A stretch of DNA of 64,000 nucleotides from Podarcis liolepis (GCA_965112155.1 OZ218099.1); one strand, 5' to 3'. Shown: positions 23,174 to 36,080, counted from the stretch's first letter. The notes: generated by a model from the letters alone, not told the origin. A program made the numbers and translations.

Positions 23174-23527
23174 AAGGTAAAGGGACCTCTGACCATTAGG
23201 TCCAGTCGTGGCCGACTCTGGGGTTGTGGCGCTCATCTAGCTTTATTGGCCAAGGGAGCCAGCGTACAGCTTCCGGGTCATGTGGCCAGCATGACTAACC
23301 CGCTTCTGGCGAACCAGAGCAGCGCACGGAAATGCCATTTACCTTCCCACAGGAGCAGTACTTATTTATCTACTTGCACTTTGACGTGCTTTCAAATTGC
23401 TAGGTGGGCAGGAGCAGGGACCGAACAACGGGGGCTCACCCCGTCGTGGGGATTCGAACCACTGACCTTCTGATCGGGAAGCCCTAGGCTCTGTGGTTTA
23501 ACCCACAGCGCCATCTGCGCCCCTCAG
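23174..23527 (-). mobile_element. Full-length Sauria SINE
   Basis: tRNA-like head (GGTTCGAATCC B-box on the minus strand) and (ACCTTT)n tail; 12-bp TSD GTGATACTGGTA at 23162-23173 and 23528-23539. Confidence 0.92.
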
Positions 23528-23576
23528 GTGATACTGGTAGAAATGACCTAATTACAGCTATCTTTGTTGTCTTCAG

Positions 23577-23729
23577 AAATGCCTTGAATGTGGTGAAGAA
23601 TGACTTAATAGCAAAAGTAGATGAGCTCACCTGCGAGAAGGATGTGCTGAAAGGAGAGCTGGAAGCTGTAAAACTGGCCAAACAAAAGCTTGAAGAGAAG
23701 AACAAGGAATTGGAAGAAGAACTTAGAAA
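23577..23729 (+). CDS. SPAG9: SPAG9 exon [21 protein letters not shown]...ELEEELRK (LZII)
   Basis: cttcag|AAATGCC...AGAAA|gtgagt; 153 nt, phase 2 to 2. Confidence 0.97.
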
Positions 23730-23822
23730 GTGAGTGTAATACGCATGTTTCATGTACAGCAGAGAAGATCTTACCAGGGATTCTGCAACTAACTTCACTG
23801 ATAACTCTTGCATCTTGTTTAG

Positions 23823-23874
23823 AGCCCGCGCGGAAGCAGAAGAAGCGAGGCAAAAAGCAAAGGAAGACGATGAT
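23823..23874 (+). CDS. SPAG9: SPAG9 exon ARAEAEEARQKAKEDDD
   Basis: gtttag|AGCCCG...GATGAT|gtatgt; 52 nt, preceded by a 93-nt intron. Confidence 0.96.
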
Positions 23875-24279
23875 GTATGTAATTGCATTGGCAGCTTTTT
23901 ATCTAATCCCGTTTCTTATTTGTGTAACATTGCTCTTAAAATACCCTGGCCTTTTGAAAGAGTTTTTGAGAAGAAGTGTGCACTTGTCCTTTCTTTATCT
24001 GCTGCAACTCCTCTTGCAGTTGTAGAGTGGACTATGACATCTGGGGGATGCTGAATTAGTCTGCTTCCTCCACCCCACTCCTCCTTTGGATACCAAGGGG
24101 CTGTGAGGGGCTGCTTCCATTGTTGGCACTGTTTCTTCCCGCCCATTACTGCACTTTATATATAGCCATAAACACCTGTAAATTATTTCGAAACGACTGT
24201 CTTAGGCCCTTAGCTCAGTTCATTGGTGATGGAAGAGAAAGTAACTCCTCCTTAAACTGTACATAATTTGCTACGTTAA

Positions 24280-24477
<198 letters not shown>

Positions 24478-24510
24478 TAGTATTTTACAGTTATGGTTGC
24501 AATGCTGGAT

Positions 24511-24512
<2 letters not shown>

Positions 24513-24553
<41 letters not shown>
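24513..24553. repeat. (CT)n microsatellite
   Basis: Read directly from the sequence. Confidence 0.95.
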
Positions 24554-24558
<5 letters not shown>

Positions 24559-24700
24559 ATTGCAGTGGGTTGGACTAAATAATCCTTTGGTCCCTTCCAA
24601 CTGTACCAATCTGTGATTCTGTGAAACTGCTGCTATTATTGTAGTGCATTGTGGAGAGTAGATTATTTTTAACAGTAAAAGGGGGCAGGGCCATCAAAGG

Positions 24701-25138
24701 GGAAGGGCTGTAGCCCTTCTACATACTTCGCATGTAGAACATCCCAGGTTAACTTCCCAAGTAGGGCTGAGAGAGAGTCCTGCCTGAAAGCCTAGAGCAG
24801 CGGTTCTCAACCTGTGGGTCCCCAGATGTTGTTGGACTACAACTCCCACCTTCCCTGAGCTCTGGCCTTGCTAGCTAGGGGTGATGGGAGTTGTAGTTCA
24901 ACAACATCTGGGGACCCACAGGTTGAGAACCGCTGCTCTAGAGAGTTGCTGCCAGTCAGGGCAGAAAATAATGAGCCAATGTTTCTCAAGCTTGTGTGTC
25001 CAGCTGTTGTTGGACTACAACTCGTATCATCCCTGACTTCTGGTCCTGCTAGCTAGAGATGATGGCAGTTGTAGTCTGGCAACAGCCGGGGACCCAGGTT
25101 TGAGAAACGCTGAGCTAGATGGACCAGGCAGCTTCCTA
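24701..25138 (+). mobile_element. Squam2-like SINE interrupted by two foldback MITEs (24798-24935 and 24977-25112)
   Basis: The SINE pieces rejoin once the MITEs are removed. MITE1 TIRs are cagcggttctcaacctgtggg/cccacaggttgagaaccgctg with TSD gcctagag/ctctagag. Confidence 0.8.
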
Positions 25139-26126
25139 CCCTCCCCACCCATTGCTTAGCTCTTGGCATTTCCACCCCACCCACCCAAAAGCTGGGCACA
25201 CATTTAGTATCATATCTCTGAATAAAGAGATGGTGCTTGGCAGACAGACTCCAAGGAGATGATCTGCAGCAGTAGGAGGGGCGTAGTGCACCTCTCACTT
25301 TGAACTTCTTCCCTAGGCACTCCTGTACTTTTAACATCTCATTTGACTGCCACCTAATGGTTGGATGTGATTGCTACAGTTTAGTTTTACTACGGAAAGA
25401 TATTTAGACCTCTTTGTGACTAAGTTGACTTGTTTTGCATGAGCCACATTCTACCATGGAGCAGTCCCCGTATTCCTTGCACATGCAGCTTTTGCAGCCA
25501 TAATGCTTGGTACTTCCTCTTCTGAAATTATTTTGTACACTTGGCTGTTTGAAACTGCTTTCCTAATGCATGCATGAGGTGGACAAAACCGTCATCGAGC
25601 AGTGGATGATCTTGTCAGGAACTTAACCTGTAAAATCGGCAGTGAACAAAAAAACAGATTGAAAAGCACTTGATGCCCTTACACTGTTTACCCTTCATCA
25701 GATATATGTGTGTGTGTTATACCCTTCACCAGATATATGTTTGTGTGTTTTTAGGGGATGAGCGGTCAAAATAGTAACTTGAATTTTTAGAATATCCAGA
25801 TACTAATTTTGTTGAACAGTAATCTAACTTCATGTACAACTAAACCCAGAACAGGTTTAGAGGGCATGTGGCAGATACACAGGAAGAAGTGAAGAATGGA
25901 AATGTCTTTCTGCTCAAACAGGCCTTGTTCTGCACACACATGCCCCACTTAGCACTATGTTAAATTGCACCCTGTTTATTCAGCAATCCCTCCCCACCCA
26001 CCTCATCAATTTAATAGTATTGTATCTTGCAATCAGACAAGAGCCGTTTGCTACTTTGATGTGTCGTGCAGAGCATTCTAGGTCATCCTATTGCTCAGCT
26101 AATTAGCTTTTGATTTTTTTCTTCAG

Positions 26127-26183
26127 GGCATCACGAGAAAATCCAGCCATGCAAGAGAAGAAGAGATCAAGCCTTTGGCAGTT
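26127..26183 (+). CDS. SPAG9: SPAG9 exon ASRENPAMQEKKRSSLWQ(F)
   Basis: cttcag|GGCATC...CAGTT|gtaagt; 57 nt, phase 2 to 2. Confidence 0.96.
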
Positions 26184-26293
26184 GTAAGTACTGAAACGCA
26201 ATCAGATGCTGGTATTATGCACAAAAGCCTTTTTTGTTTCTTTACTGCGCAAGGAACCAATAACAACAAACCTGTTTTCTCTTTGCCATCTAG

Positions 26294-26305
26294 AATGCCA
26301 ACTGG
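26294..26305 (+). CDS. SPAG9: 12-nt microexon AATGCCAACTGG, changes WQFFSR to WQLMPTGFSR
   Basis: cctgttttctctttgccatctag|AATGCCAACTGG|gtaaga; phase 2-2. Same position as the VPTR insert I recall in mammalian SPAG9. Confidence 0.8.
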
Positions 26306-27758
26306 GTAAGACTGACCTTAAAGACAGATTGTAAGATGCATCTTGCAATGTTGGTTATGCACTTGGCCAAGAAACATAACTGCCTTAATCTAATTGTGGC
26401 ATTAAAAAAAAGAAACCAGAATTCTGACACAATAGTGCAGAGTTTTGTTAGCAGCTGTTCTATGAATATGAAAGTAAACTGAAGTTTGGGTAGCTTTTGG
26501 TGTGGTTTGCATATAATTTCAAGTACCCCAGAACTTGGTGTGAGAATTTGTGAAGTGCTAATTTATGTTCCGTGTTCTAAACGTAATTACTGAAGCCAAA
26601 TGTGAGAGAGTACTAAAATTGTGAGACATAAATTATTGTGTGATTAAATATTAAAATCTTGTGGATCCCAGAAGTTATTTTATTTAATACTTTTTGCGGT
26701 TTAAGATTTAATAGAAATCTTTGGGCTCCTGTCTAAATAGTAGTGAATCTGCAGGACTTGGATGTGAAGGTGCTGGATTCTTGTGGAATTGTGTTTCTTT
26801 TACCTTTATTGTAGTTCATATTCTGAACTGAAACCAATCTTGTCCATACCTGCCTTTTGCTGTGGGGAAACAGAATTCATTGAAGTTACGGATCCTCTAT
26901 ATCTGGACTCATAGTCTGGTAGTCTAGTAAACTTGTACTCTGTGGCATACGCATGATATACACAATGATATTTAGGTTATATGAAATGCTTTGGGCAAAC
27001 CATCTGCAATCCTTACAACAATCTTGTAGGCTATGCCAGATTTATCTCCCTGTTATAAATAATGGTGAGATGGAGGCAGCATCCTGCCTAAGGAACATTT
27101 ACCAAGCTCCGTGATGAGTTGTGTGACTTATGGAGCAAAGCTCATGCTTTTAATCACTATGGCACATCAACTCAGATAATGATCAAACTGCTTGTGTGCC
27201 TATAAGTTTTGGGGAAACTATACTGTTTATCAATGCTTCAGAGCCTGAATTACTGAGTGGGGTTGCCTATGGTGGCCTTAACTATCTCGGGTCTAGAAAT
27301 TTGCTATACAGATAGAGAAGCATTTCAGATTTTCAGGTACAGGAGTCCAGCCCACCCTGGGACCTCAGGATGAAGGGCAGGTAATAAAAGATGGAAATAA
27401 AAGTAAATACATGAAAATAAAAATAGAAGCCAGCATCACTTTTTTTTTGGTACCAGCCCTGTATTTTATAGAAAGCTGTTTTTAACACCACCAGAGCATT
27501 CTATAGCCCCTGCATAAATGCCAAGTCTTTATCTTCATTCTTGGCCTGGATGTGCATGGAATAGTTATTATGAGTGTTGCAAGCGTAATGCTGCTGTTCT
27601 GATGGTGTGAGCTGTGTGGGACAGTTAATGGCTGCTGTGTTTGGGCCCATTCTTTTCTTACTACGTTTCCTTACTCATTGCTGTACATTTGAAGCCAGTT
27701 TGGCTTTTGGGTGTGTCTGTGTACTCACATGCTTCTACTTTTTTTTTGTGGTCTCCAG

Positions 27759-27932
27759 TTTTAGCAGACTGTTCAGCTCATCAGGCAATACTGCTAAGAA
27801 ACCAGAACCGCCAGTTAATGTTAAGTACAATGCTCCAACCTCCCACATTACTCCATCAGTCAAGAAAAGAAGCAGCACTTTATCCCAGTTACCCAGTGAC
27901 AAATCAAAAGCCTTCGATTTCCTCAGTGAAGA
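27759..27932 (+). CDS. SPAG9: SPAG9 exon FSRLFSSSGNTAKKPEPP...KAFDFLSE(E)
   Basis: ctccag|TTTTAGC...GAAGA|gtaaga; 174 nt. Confidence 0.97.
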
Positions 27933-29650
27933 GTAAGACTTGCTTTGCTTATACAAACTAAAAGTATGCCAGCAATATAGAATTATTTGAATATATCAGC
28001 AATGCCAGCATGTATTGTAGTAGAAATATCAAAACCAGGGTTCAGGTTGATCAAACCTTGAAGTATTGGAATAACAGATAGTAGCTGTTGGATTTTTATG
28101 GACAAAAAGAAGACTGTGTGCTTAAATGTGGTAGCCTCTGTTGCATAACAGTTACAACAATTTATTCAACTTATTATGCTTGGGGGCTGCATAACTAGTT
28201 AGCATGCCATGGCAGAATCTTGCTTGTTCTCAGAAATATCCTCGCCCATATTTATCTAGTTATCTGGTCCAAGCATGGAATTAAGCAGTACCCTTGTCCG
28301 TTTTGATACTTCTGTGTAAAATAACCCATGATATCCACACAGCACACACTAATGTGGCATGTTGCCTTTGGGGAGGGGTATACCTTAAAGTATAATACCC
28401 TTTACTGCCTTGAACTAATGTAACTTGTGCTTAAAATCCCTCAGTGCCTTTCAGCACTGTTTTTCGATTCCTCAACAGTGTTTCCATTCACACTGCTCAG
28501 TTTGTATGTTTTGCCCAGGTAGAGCTTTTGTTAATTGTGTTTGCAAAGTTAGCATGAATTAGAGGAGCCCAGAAGCGGATGTCACCAGTGCTCTGATGTA
28601 GCTGTGGCTGGCTCCTCCTGGCACAGTGAAAGGTGCTATAATCTATGCAGCACTAAATGGTGTAGGACCAGAGCAGTTCAGGCACAGTCTCCTCCATTGG
28701 TACCCCATTAGGAACCCTATAATCTTATTAGACCAAATGAGCCAAGAGAGAACTGAACTGGGACATTTGAAAAGTTTGCCAGGATATGCACAACCTCCTA
28801 ACAACTTTTGAAACCGCAAAAAAGTAGCCCAGCTTAGTTTCAACAAATATTTCCACAAGCAAAAGAATGTGGTTGTGGGGTGAACTGGGGGGCAGGAAAG
28901 GGCTGTTTTCCTCTCCCATCATAAAACTACACCGACCAAGACCAGTCAGTTCTATACTAACTGAAGCCTCCTTACAGTTTTGGGAGGCACCTTCATGTAG
29001 AGAACATTATAGTAGTCTATCCTTTAGATAACAGAAGTCTGAATCAGCATTGCCAAGTCCTCATCAAATAAAAGTGTTGCTGTCCTCTCTTCAGAGATTG
29101 GTGGAAGGCATCCTGGGTTTCCAGGTGTAACCAGAAGCCTCTTAAGGCTGTTAGTGTGAGAGATGAAGGGGTGGAATGGAAAATCCTCTCCATGATTTGA
29201 ATTCCCAAATCCTCAGGTCATATGGCCTGATTGTTACATTAGAGAACCCCCTTTGGGTAGAATACAGAATATGGGTAATTTAAAAAGACCTTCAAATGAA
29301 AGCTTTCCACGATACCAGTTTGGTCGCAGCATCAGACGTTGCTTCCCCCTCTTCATCCAAATATTTTACCAGATGCAGACTTCAGCAGCAGGTTGTGCCA
29401 GAGAGCCATTCTGCCCTAGAAACCTTAGAAGCATTGTGCTGACGGTTTCTCACTGAGAGAAAAAAACAAGTACCTTGAAGGAAGTATGGTGTCCGGGGAG
29501 TAATACAGATTTCACTTGCGTATTAACTTTGAAAAACCTCTTCTGCCACCTCCTACATAACTTTGAAAAGTTTTATTTTGGGCTAATGGGGATTGGAAGG
29601 TATAGAGGAACTTGGAATTAAAAAAAAAAGTGTCCCTCCCTTTTGCCAAG

Positions 29651-29780
29651 GTCTGAGGCCAGTCTTGCCTCACGTAGAGAGCAGAAGAGAGAACAGTACC
29701 GCCAAGTGAAAGCCCATGTTCAGAAGGAAGACGGTAGAGTGCAAGCTTTTGGTTGGAGCCTTCCTCAGAAATATAAACAG
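29651..29780 (+). CDS. SPAG9: SPAG9 exon [16 protein letters not shown]...[11 protein letters not shown]
   Basis: gccaag|GTCTGAG...AAACAG|gtactg; 130 nt. Confidence 0.97.
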
Positions 29781-30072
29781 GTACTGTGTTCATCCCTGTT
29801 CATGTGTTTTAGTTTGGGGATATTGTGGTGGCAGGTCACTGAAGGCATTTTCATTTTCAGCAAGGTGGGAAACCTGTAACCCTCCAGATTCCATCAACCT
29901 CAGCCAAAACATGGAGCTATTTAAATACCTGTGCAGAGATTATAATGCCTACAAATTGCCATATAGAATTATTATTATTAATTAAATTTCTATACCATAC
30001 TTCATCTGAGGATCACAGGACAGTTTACAGTATAAAAACACAAAAATGCATACTATAGAAAGGAAGAAAAAC

Positions 30073-30073
<1 letters not shown>

Positions 30074-30119
<46 letters not shown>
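30074..30119. repeat. (AC)n microsatellite
   Basis: Read directly from the sequence. Confidence 0.95.
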
Positions 30120-30120
<1 letters not shown>

Positions 30121-31071
30121 AGTTTTAAAGGCCATATATTGTTTAATTAGCCAAAGGCCTGGGAGAAGAGGAATGTTTTTGCCTGATGCCTAAATACATG
30201 TAATGAAGGCACCACACAATAATAATACCTTGACAAAGCTAAAGCAAAATTGACAATTAAAAACAGCAAGTTTGGGGCACTTTAAAGACTAGCAACTTTA
30301 TTGTGGCACACACTTTTGTGGTGACAATAATGTTAAGAGTGGCCATTCATAAAAATTAAAAAGATGTTAAAAACACAGGCATCCTGGTATTGGTAAGCCA
30401 AGTAACAAGTGTAGCGTGATAAAAATCATTTATCTCCACAAGTTGATAGCGTTGAACCTCTCATCAATTTCACATTGCAGTCTTCCTTTAAAACCAAGTA
30501 TTACATAAAGCCTCCTTACAGCTCCACAGAAAACTAAAGCATCCTTGAAAGGGTTAGAAAGGATTTTAAAAAGCCTAGCAAAATGAAGGCAGGATTAACA
30601 TAGTGAAGGTATGGGACTGAGCAAAGCAGTTTAGCCCTGCATTTTGAAATTACAGGGCTGCTGCGGAAAGGAGACCTAAAACAAGGGAACTCTAAGCAGG
30701 GGCCCATCTGAACTCAGGAACCTGCATGCTGCACAAAGGATTTCTGGTTAATAGTTGAAGGCAATTCCTTTGTGGTAATCACAAAGCGTTGGTGATCTGT
30801 GGAGCTATCATGTTTACTTGTAAAACATGTAAAACATGAAACTTTCTTAATCCTTCTTATTAAAAGGCAGAATTTTCCCATTTAAACACAAATGCTGCTG
30901 TTCCGAAAGAACAACTAGCAATAAAAGGTCACTGAGCTGTGGGAAGAGTGGGATGGCTTTGTGTTCAAACCTCTTTGTAATGGAATGTTGTTACTGCACA
31001 TTTTTCTGAAGTTTGAGAACATGTGTGCTACCTTGCATCTTTTTTATGGGAAATGTTTCAAGGTCTTAAAC

Positions 31072-31393
31072 CATGGGTAGGCAAACTAAGGCCTGGGGGC
31101 CGGATCCAGCCCAATCACCTTCTAAATCCGGCCTGTGGACGGTCCAGGAATCAGCATGTTTTTATATGAGTAGAATGTGACCTTTTATTTAAAATGCATC
31201 TCTGGGTTATTTGTGGGGCCTGCCTGGTGTTTTTACATGAGTAGAATGTGTGCTTTATTTAAAATGCATCTCTGGGTCATTTGTGGGGCATAAGAATTAG
31301 TTCATCCCCCCCCCAAAAAAAAATATAGTCCACCCCCACAAGGTCTGAGGGGCAGTGGACTGGCCCCCTGCTGAAAAAGTTTGCTGACCCCTG
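31072..31393. mobile_element. hAT non-autonomous element with an internal ~62-bp duplication
   Basis: TIRs catgggtaggcaaact / agtttgctgacccctg; perfect 8-bp TSD TCTTAAAC; duplicated unit at ~31157-31219 and ~31228-31289. Confidence 0.88.
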
Positions 31394-31758
31394 TCTTAAA
31401 CTATGATCTGCATAGATAAGTATAGCTTTAACCCCATCCCAGTCTTTGTGCCTAAGGCTTTGTTTATTTTACACTCCTCCCCCCCCCCCCACTCTTTTTA
31501 TATTAGCTGCTGAGAAGGGCCTCTTAGCTAATCTGGCAAGATAGACTTTTAAAATTACAATACTGCCCCCCTCTGGCTTTGATCTCACTAGTGTGTGACT
31601 TTAAAATGAGTGGATCTATGATTGTTCTTCCCAGACAGTCTAATATTCTCGTCATCTTGGCAAACCTATCAAATTCTGATATGGGCTTGTGACAAACTGG
31701 TCTGTAAGATGCCAGAAACGTTTTGAAGCAAAGTAAATATTTCTTTCTCACTTTTTAG

Positions 31759-31854
31759 GTTGTAAATGGTGGTGGCCAGGGGGATAACAAAATGAAGAAC
31801 TTACCTGTGCCTGTTTACCTAAGGCCACTTGATGAAAAGGATACATCCATGAAG
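31759..31854 (+). CDS. SPAG9: SPAG9 exon [32 protein letters not shown]
   Basis: ttttag|GTTGTA...ATGAAG|gtacac; 96 nt. Confidence 0.96.
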
Positions 31855-32170
31855 GTACACCTGTCTTCCTTTTTCTCCAGTTCCCTATTTTCAAATAAAG
31901 AATGCCCCATTAGTGATTTTTAGATGAGGCCTAATTCTGCACGAGCAAGTTATATCCTTTTTAGGTTCTGAGCAACGCCTAGTTTAATTTAAATTGCAGG
32001 TGCTTAATAAATACTTTTGAGAAACTCTGTTTTTTAAATATTGTCATATTGTTATTTCCCTAAAAGCATAATGTATGATAGGGTGCAACAAATGTTTTAC
32101 GTCTTATAAAAAGACATGAGAACCAGGTTTTCCCAGTGGGTTTTTATAAAGTTCACTTGTTGTTTTGTAG

Positions 32171-32338
32171 CTTTGGTGTGCTGTAGGAGTTAATCTATCG
32201 GGAGGGAAGACAAGAGATGGCGGTTCAGTGGTTGGTGCCAGTGTGTTCTACAATGATGTGACGACTCTAGATGCAGAGAGCAACAAACAGAGGAGTGCAT
32301 CACAGAGTAGCTTGGATAGATTAGATCAAGAACTCAAG
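32171..32338 (+). CDS. SPAG9: SPAG9 exon LWCAVGVNLSGGKTRDGG...LDQELK
   Basis: ttgtag|CTTTGG...CTCAAG|gtaagg; 168 nt. Confidence 0.97.
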
Positions 32339-33074
32339 GTAAGGTCAGAGGTATAATCAAAATGTGAAACTGTTTGCAAATCTATTAACACTTCAAGAAA
32401 ATAGAAAACTTCAATATTGTGTTCATAATTCAGTAATTATGGCATGATTGGTTCAAAAACATTTTGGTGCCTGCTCATGAACAAGAACCAGTGTTTGCTG
32501 GCTAGTTCGCTAGTCTTCATTAGACCCCAGATTTCCATGGAAAAACATTCATTTGCTTTTACAACACGTTTTGTATTGTATCCGTCCATCTAGGTCTAGG
32601 TTCCATTAGATGCTTCTTGGTTCCAAAGCTTTTATAGTGGCCAGGTGGAGCATTTGGAGAAGACGAAAAAATCTAGTTCCACAAGACCAACATGTTTATG
32701 GCGTGACAGAAAACTTGCCTGTTCGGTTTAGTTCATGAAAGTGTATTTTGCATAGCTATGAAAATAATGTGGGGGAGTTTGTGTGTAAAACTACCTGCAA
32801 CACTCCTGGTATTTAGTAATTCTGGTTGCTTATTCGTCTGCATTTGTAGGAAATGCACGTAGCAATTCACAATGTGATTCTCTCCCACCCCCCACCAAAT
32901 AAAAATGAGGTTGAACTAGTAAACTCTAAAATGACACTGTGACCCAGTTGCCTAAGCCCAGTGATGGCTTCAGATGATCAGGCAAACATGAGGGTTTCCT
33001 AGCAGAGAATATTGTGGCTGTAGTGCTCCTCCCGCCATCCTTCTGGTGCCTTGCTTCCCAGGGCTAAACCAGGG

Positions 33075-33317
33075 AGGAGGAGGAGTTTGGATTTGATATC
33101 CCGCTTTATCGCTACCCGAAGGAGTCTCAAAGCGGCTAACATTCTCCTTTCCCTTCCTCCCTCACAACAAACACTCTGTGAGGTGAGTGGGGCTGAGAGA
33201 CTTCAGAGAAGTGTGACTAGCCCAAGGTCACCCAGCAGCTGCATGTGGAGGATCGGAGATGCAAACCCGGTTCCCCAGATTACGAGACTACCGCTCTTAA
33301 CCACTACACCACACTGG
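33075..33317 (-). mobile_element. tRNA/CORE-type SINE (Squam3/MIR-like)
   Basis: The minus strand starts ccagtgtggtgtagtggttaagagcggtag (A-box); MIR-like core gtgactagcccaaggtcacccag. Confidence 0.75.
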
Positions 33318-33643
33318 GATTGTTTTCATCATTGCAAGGCTAGTTGTCTCACTTCAGACAAACTACAAACTGTAACCGAGGCTTGTTCTTGGTTGTGGGC
33401 AGTTTGTTTGATGGAAAGCAGTTGTCAGCCTGGGTTTGGACATAACCTTGGCAGGATCATGGCATAGCTCTGGGTAGCGCAGTAGAACGAGGGGAAGAGT
33501 TCAGTAGTCTTAATCTTCTTTCTGGGAAACCCACAACTTTGCTCATTCACACTAATACATGGTTTAGGTTAGTGTTATATGCAAACTAGGCCTGCATATT
33601 GTGTAATGTTTACTTTGGTTGGTCTTGGTTTCCGCCTACACAG

Positions 33644-33815
33644 GACCAGCAGAAAGAGCTGAGAAACCAGGAAGAATTGTCAAGCCTTGTGTGGATCTGT
33701 ACTAGCACCCACTCTGCTACAAAAGTCATCATTGTAGATGCCAACCAGCCAGGAAACATCCTCGACAGTTTCATTGTTTGTAATTCTCATGTGCTTTGTA
33801 TAGCTAGTGTACCAG
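33644..33815 (+). CDS. SPAG9: SPAG9 exon DQQKELRNQEELSSLVWICTS...LCIASVP
   Basis: acacag|GACCAG...ACCAG|gtaaga; 172 nt. Confidence 0.97.
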
Positions 33816-34416
33816 GTAAGAGACTCAGGTGAGGGGGGCAATTACCTGAGTTAACATGGGTTTGCTTCTGTCTGTTTTGGAACTGCTGTTAAAATTCAGC
33901 TGGGCAGTAAGCCATTTTCAGGTAGTCATAATGTGTGTAAATTGGCCAGTAAACTCCAAGTCAATTCAGCTTTTGCTATGGATTGTTACTGAACAACCTG
34001 ATTCGTTCAAAATGTGGCTAAGCCATGATTTGTTTAACTTCCAACTTTTTTTGTACATCCATACCCACTTTTTTTGTACATCAGACAAAACAAGCTGCAA
34101 CGACTTCGCTATGATCCGTAAGGTTAAGCCTGGTTTCTTTAACCAACTATGGTTAAAACAAACAAATGTGCATTACCTGCAAGAACAACCAAGGAGTAAC
34201 TTGCTATGTAAAGTGTGAAAGCCCTCCATTTAATGTCTGAGGGTAGAATATAACATAGTGCTAAGTCCTGTGTTTCTGCTTGTGCAATGGAGCATTCTCC
34301 CCTATCCCCCTAAACCAGTTTTAGGCTTCACCCAACCCTCAGGAGCAGATTTGGGGAGGGTGTGGGGGAGGAGGGGTGACGTCTGGTTGCGTAAGTGGAA
34401 ATCCTTATAGCATAGC

Positions 34417-34417
<1 letters not shown>

Positions 34418-34463
<46 letters not shown>

Positions 34464-34505
34464 TGTACCCCACCCTCCCCAGCCAGAGCTGGGCTCCGAG
34501 CAGCT
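34418..34505 (-). mobile_element. Short L2-type 3' tail with an (AAT)n microsatellite
   Basis: (AAT)n run followed by tgtaccccaccctccccagccagagctgggctc. Confidence 0.6.
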
Positions 34506-35145
34506 AACATCATATAAATAATACAATATGCATAAAAATAATCAATCAATCCTGCCCTGTATTTTTAAAAGAAGCTAATAATTGCTGCTATAGGGTAGAC
34601 AAATATATACTTAATTTACATTATTTATTTTGGAGTTTTTGGTGGTGCTATTAGCCCTAACTCCATTAAAGCAGTGCTGTAAATTCTTCCTAAGAAGCTT
34701 ATATGAAATGGTTTTAGTCATGTCATCGCTGCACCAACAATTAAAACCTTTGCTGTCAGAAATGCTTCTTTGTTTTGGCTGTTCAAAACAAGTAGAATCC
34801 TAGTAACTAGACAAGTTCAACAAGTATGTTTTAGGAACTCTCCCTTTCATTTCTGAACACTAAGAATTAATTGCTTTGTTTGTACCTTTTACATCATAGC
34901 AACCATACATATAACAATTCCCTCTTCTTAATGCCTGTTTTCAAATCTACTTCTGACTCGTTCTTATATTTCACTGAAATCTGGTGGGTGAGCTATGTGA
35001 TGGCATGCATTAGCTTTGATAGATTTTGTGTTACGATACACATGACAGCAAATTGCAAATATTTTATGAAAACCACCAACCCGCAAAGGGTACTGAAAAG
35101 TTAACTATCCAAGGTACTGAATGAAACCTTACATTTTTGTTTCAG

Positions 35146-35373
35146 GAGCCCGCGAAACTGACTATCCTACAGGAGAAGAAGGGTCACAAGAACTGGACTC
35201 TGGTCTGGTGGACAAATCATCCTTGTCTGGCAGTATGAATAGCAACAGCTCAGCAGAAACAGACAGTCTTTTAGGAGGAATCACAGTAGTTGGTTGTACA
35301 GCAGAGGGTATTACAGGGCCTTCTGCTGCCCACAGTGCCAATGGTGCCTCCCCCGAGACAAATAAACAGCCAG
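35146..35373 (+). CDS. SPAG9: SPAG9 exon ARETDYPTGEE...NGASPETNKQP
   Basis: tttcag|GAGCCC...CAGCCAG|gtatga; 228 nt. Confidence 0.96.
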
Positions 35374-35868
35374 GTATGAAAACATTCACAATTTTTATTC
35401 AAAGTGTAGTTTGTTGCAGCATGGAAAATTGTTGAGTTATCGCATTTTAAAATGGAAGCAAAAACTTTCAGATCTCCTTGCAGGGATGAAAGATGGTTTA
35501 CTGGAGAGTGACCAAGCATGAAGCTCTTTCACATAATGCTTTTATCGTATAGTTTAGTGTTGCATCCAAACATGGCCTGTTTGTCCGAAGGAGAAGCCTT
35601 GCACTTCTTCTAAGTGATAATCACAGGGTTAATTATAATTGAGCCTCTTCACACCTCCATCTATCCATCCATCCAGGGGATGTAAAAGTATATAATTAGT
35701 AGCAGACAACATGTTTGTAGTCCATTTGAGCTTATTAATGCAACATGCTGATTTGTTACAGAAGAAAGTGTGTTCTTTGTAGCAGGGATGGAGTATACAT
35801 AATACAATGATGCCGCTTAGCAAACAGACTTGACACAGACTAATTCTGCCACTTGGCCATTCTACATA

Positions 35869-36080
35869 CAATGAGGGGGGAAAGTATTTGATCCCCTGCT
35901 AAATTTGCCCATTTGCCCTCTGATGAAGAAATGACCAGTCCATAATTTTAATGGTAGGTTTATTGTTAGCTGTGTGAGAGAGAATAACAACAAAAAAGCC
36001 CCAGAAACCCAAAAAGTCAGAGATTGATGTGCATTATAATGAGTGAAATAAGTATTAGATCCCCTATCAACCAGCCAGAT
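35869..36080 (+). mobile_element. Isolated terminal inverted repeat of an IR/DR-type Tc1 transposon
   Basis: Begins right after TA; direct repeats aagtatttgatcccct (35882-35897) and aagtattagatcccct (36050-36065) lie ~170 bp apart. Confidence 0.75.

Noticed and set aside
23484-23888. 134-aa Ser/Phe-rich minus-strand ORF
   Set aside because: Antisense shadow of the Glu/Lys-rich coiled-coil exons
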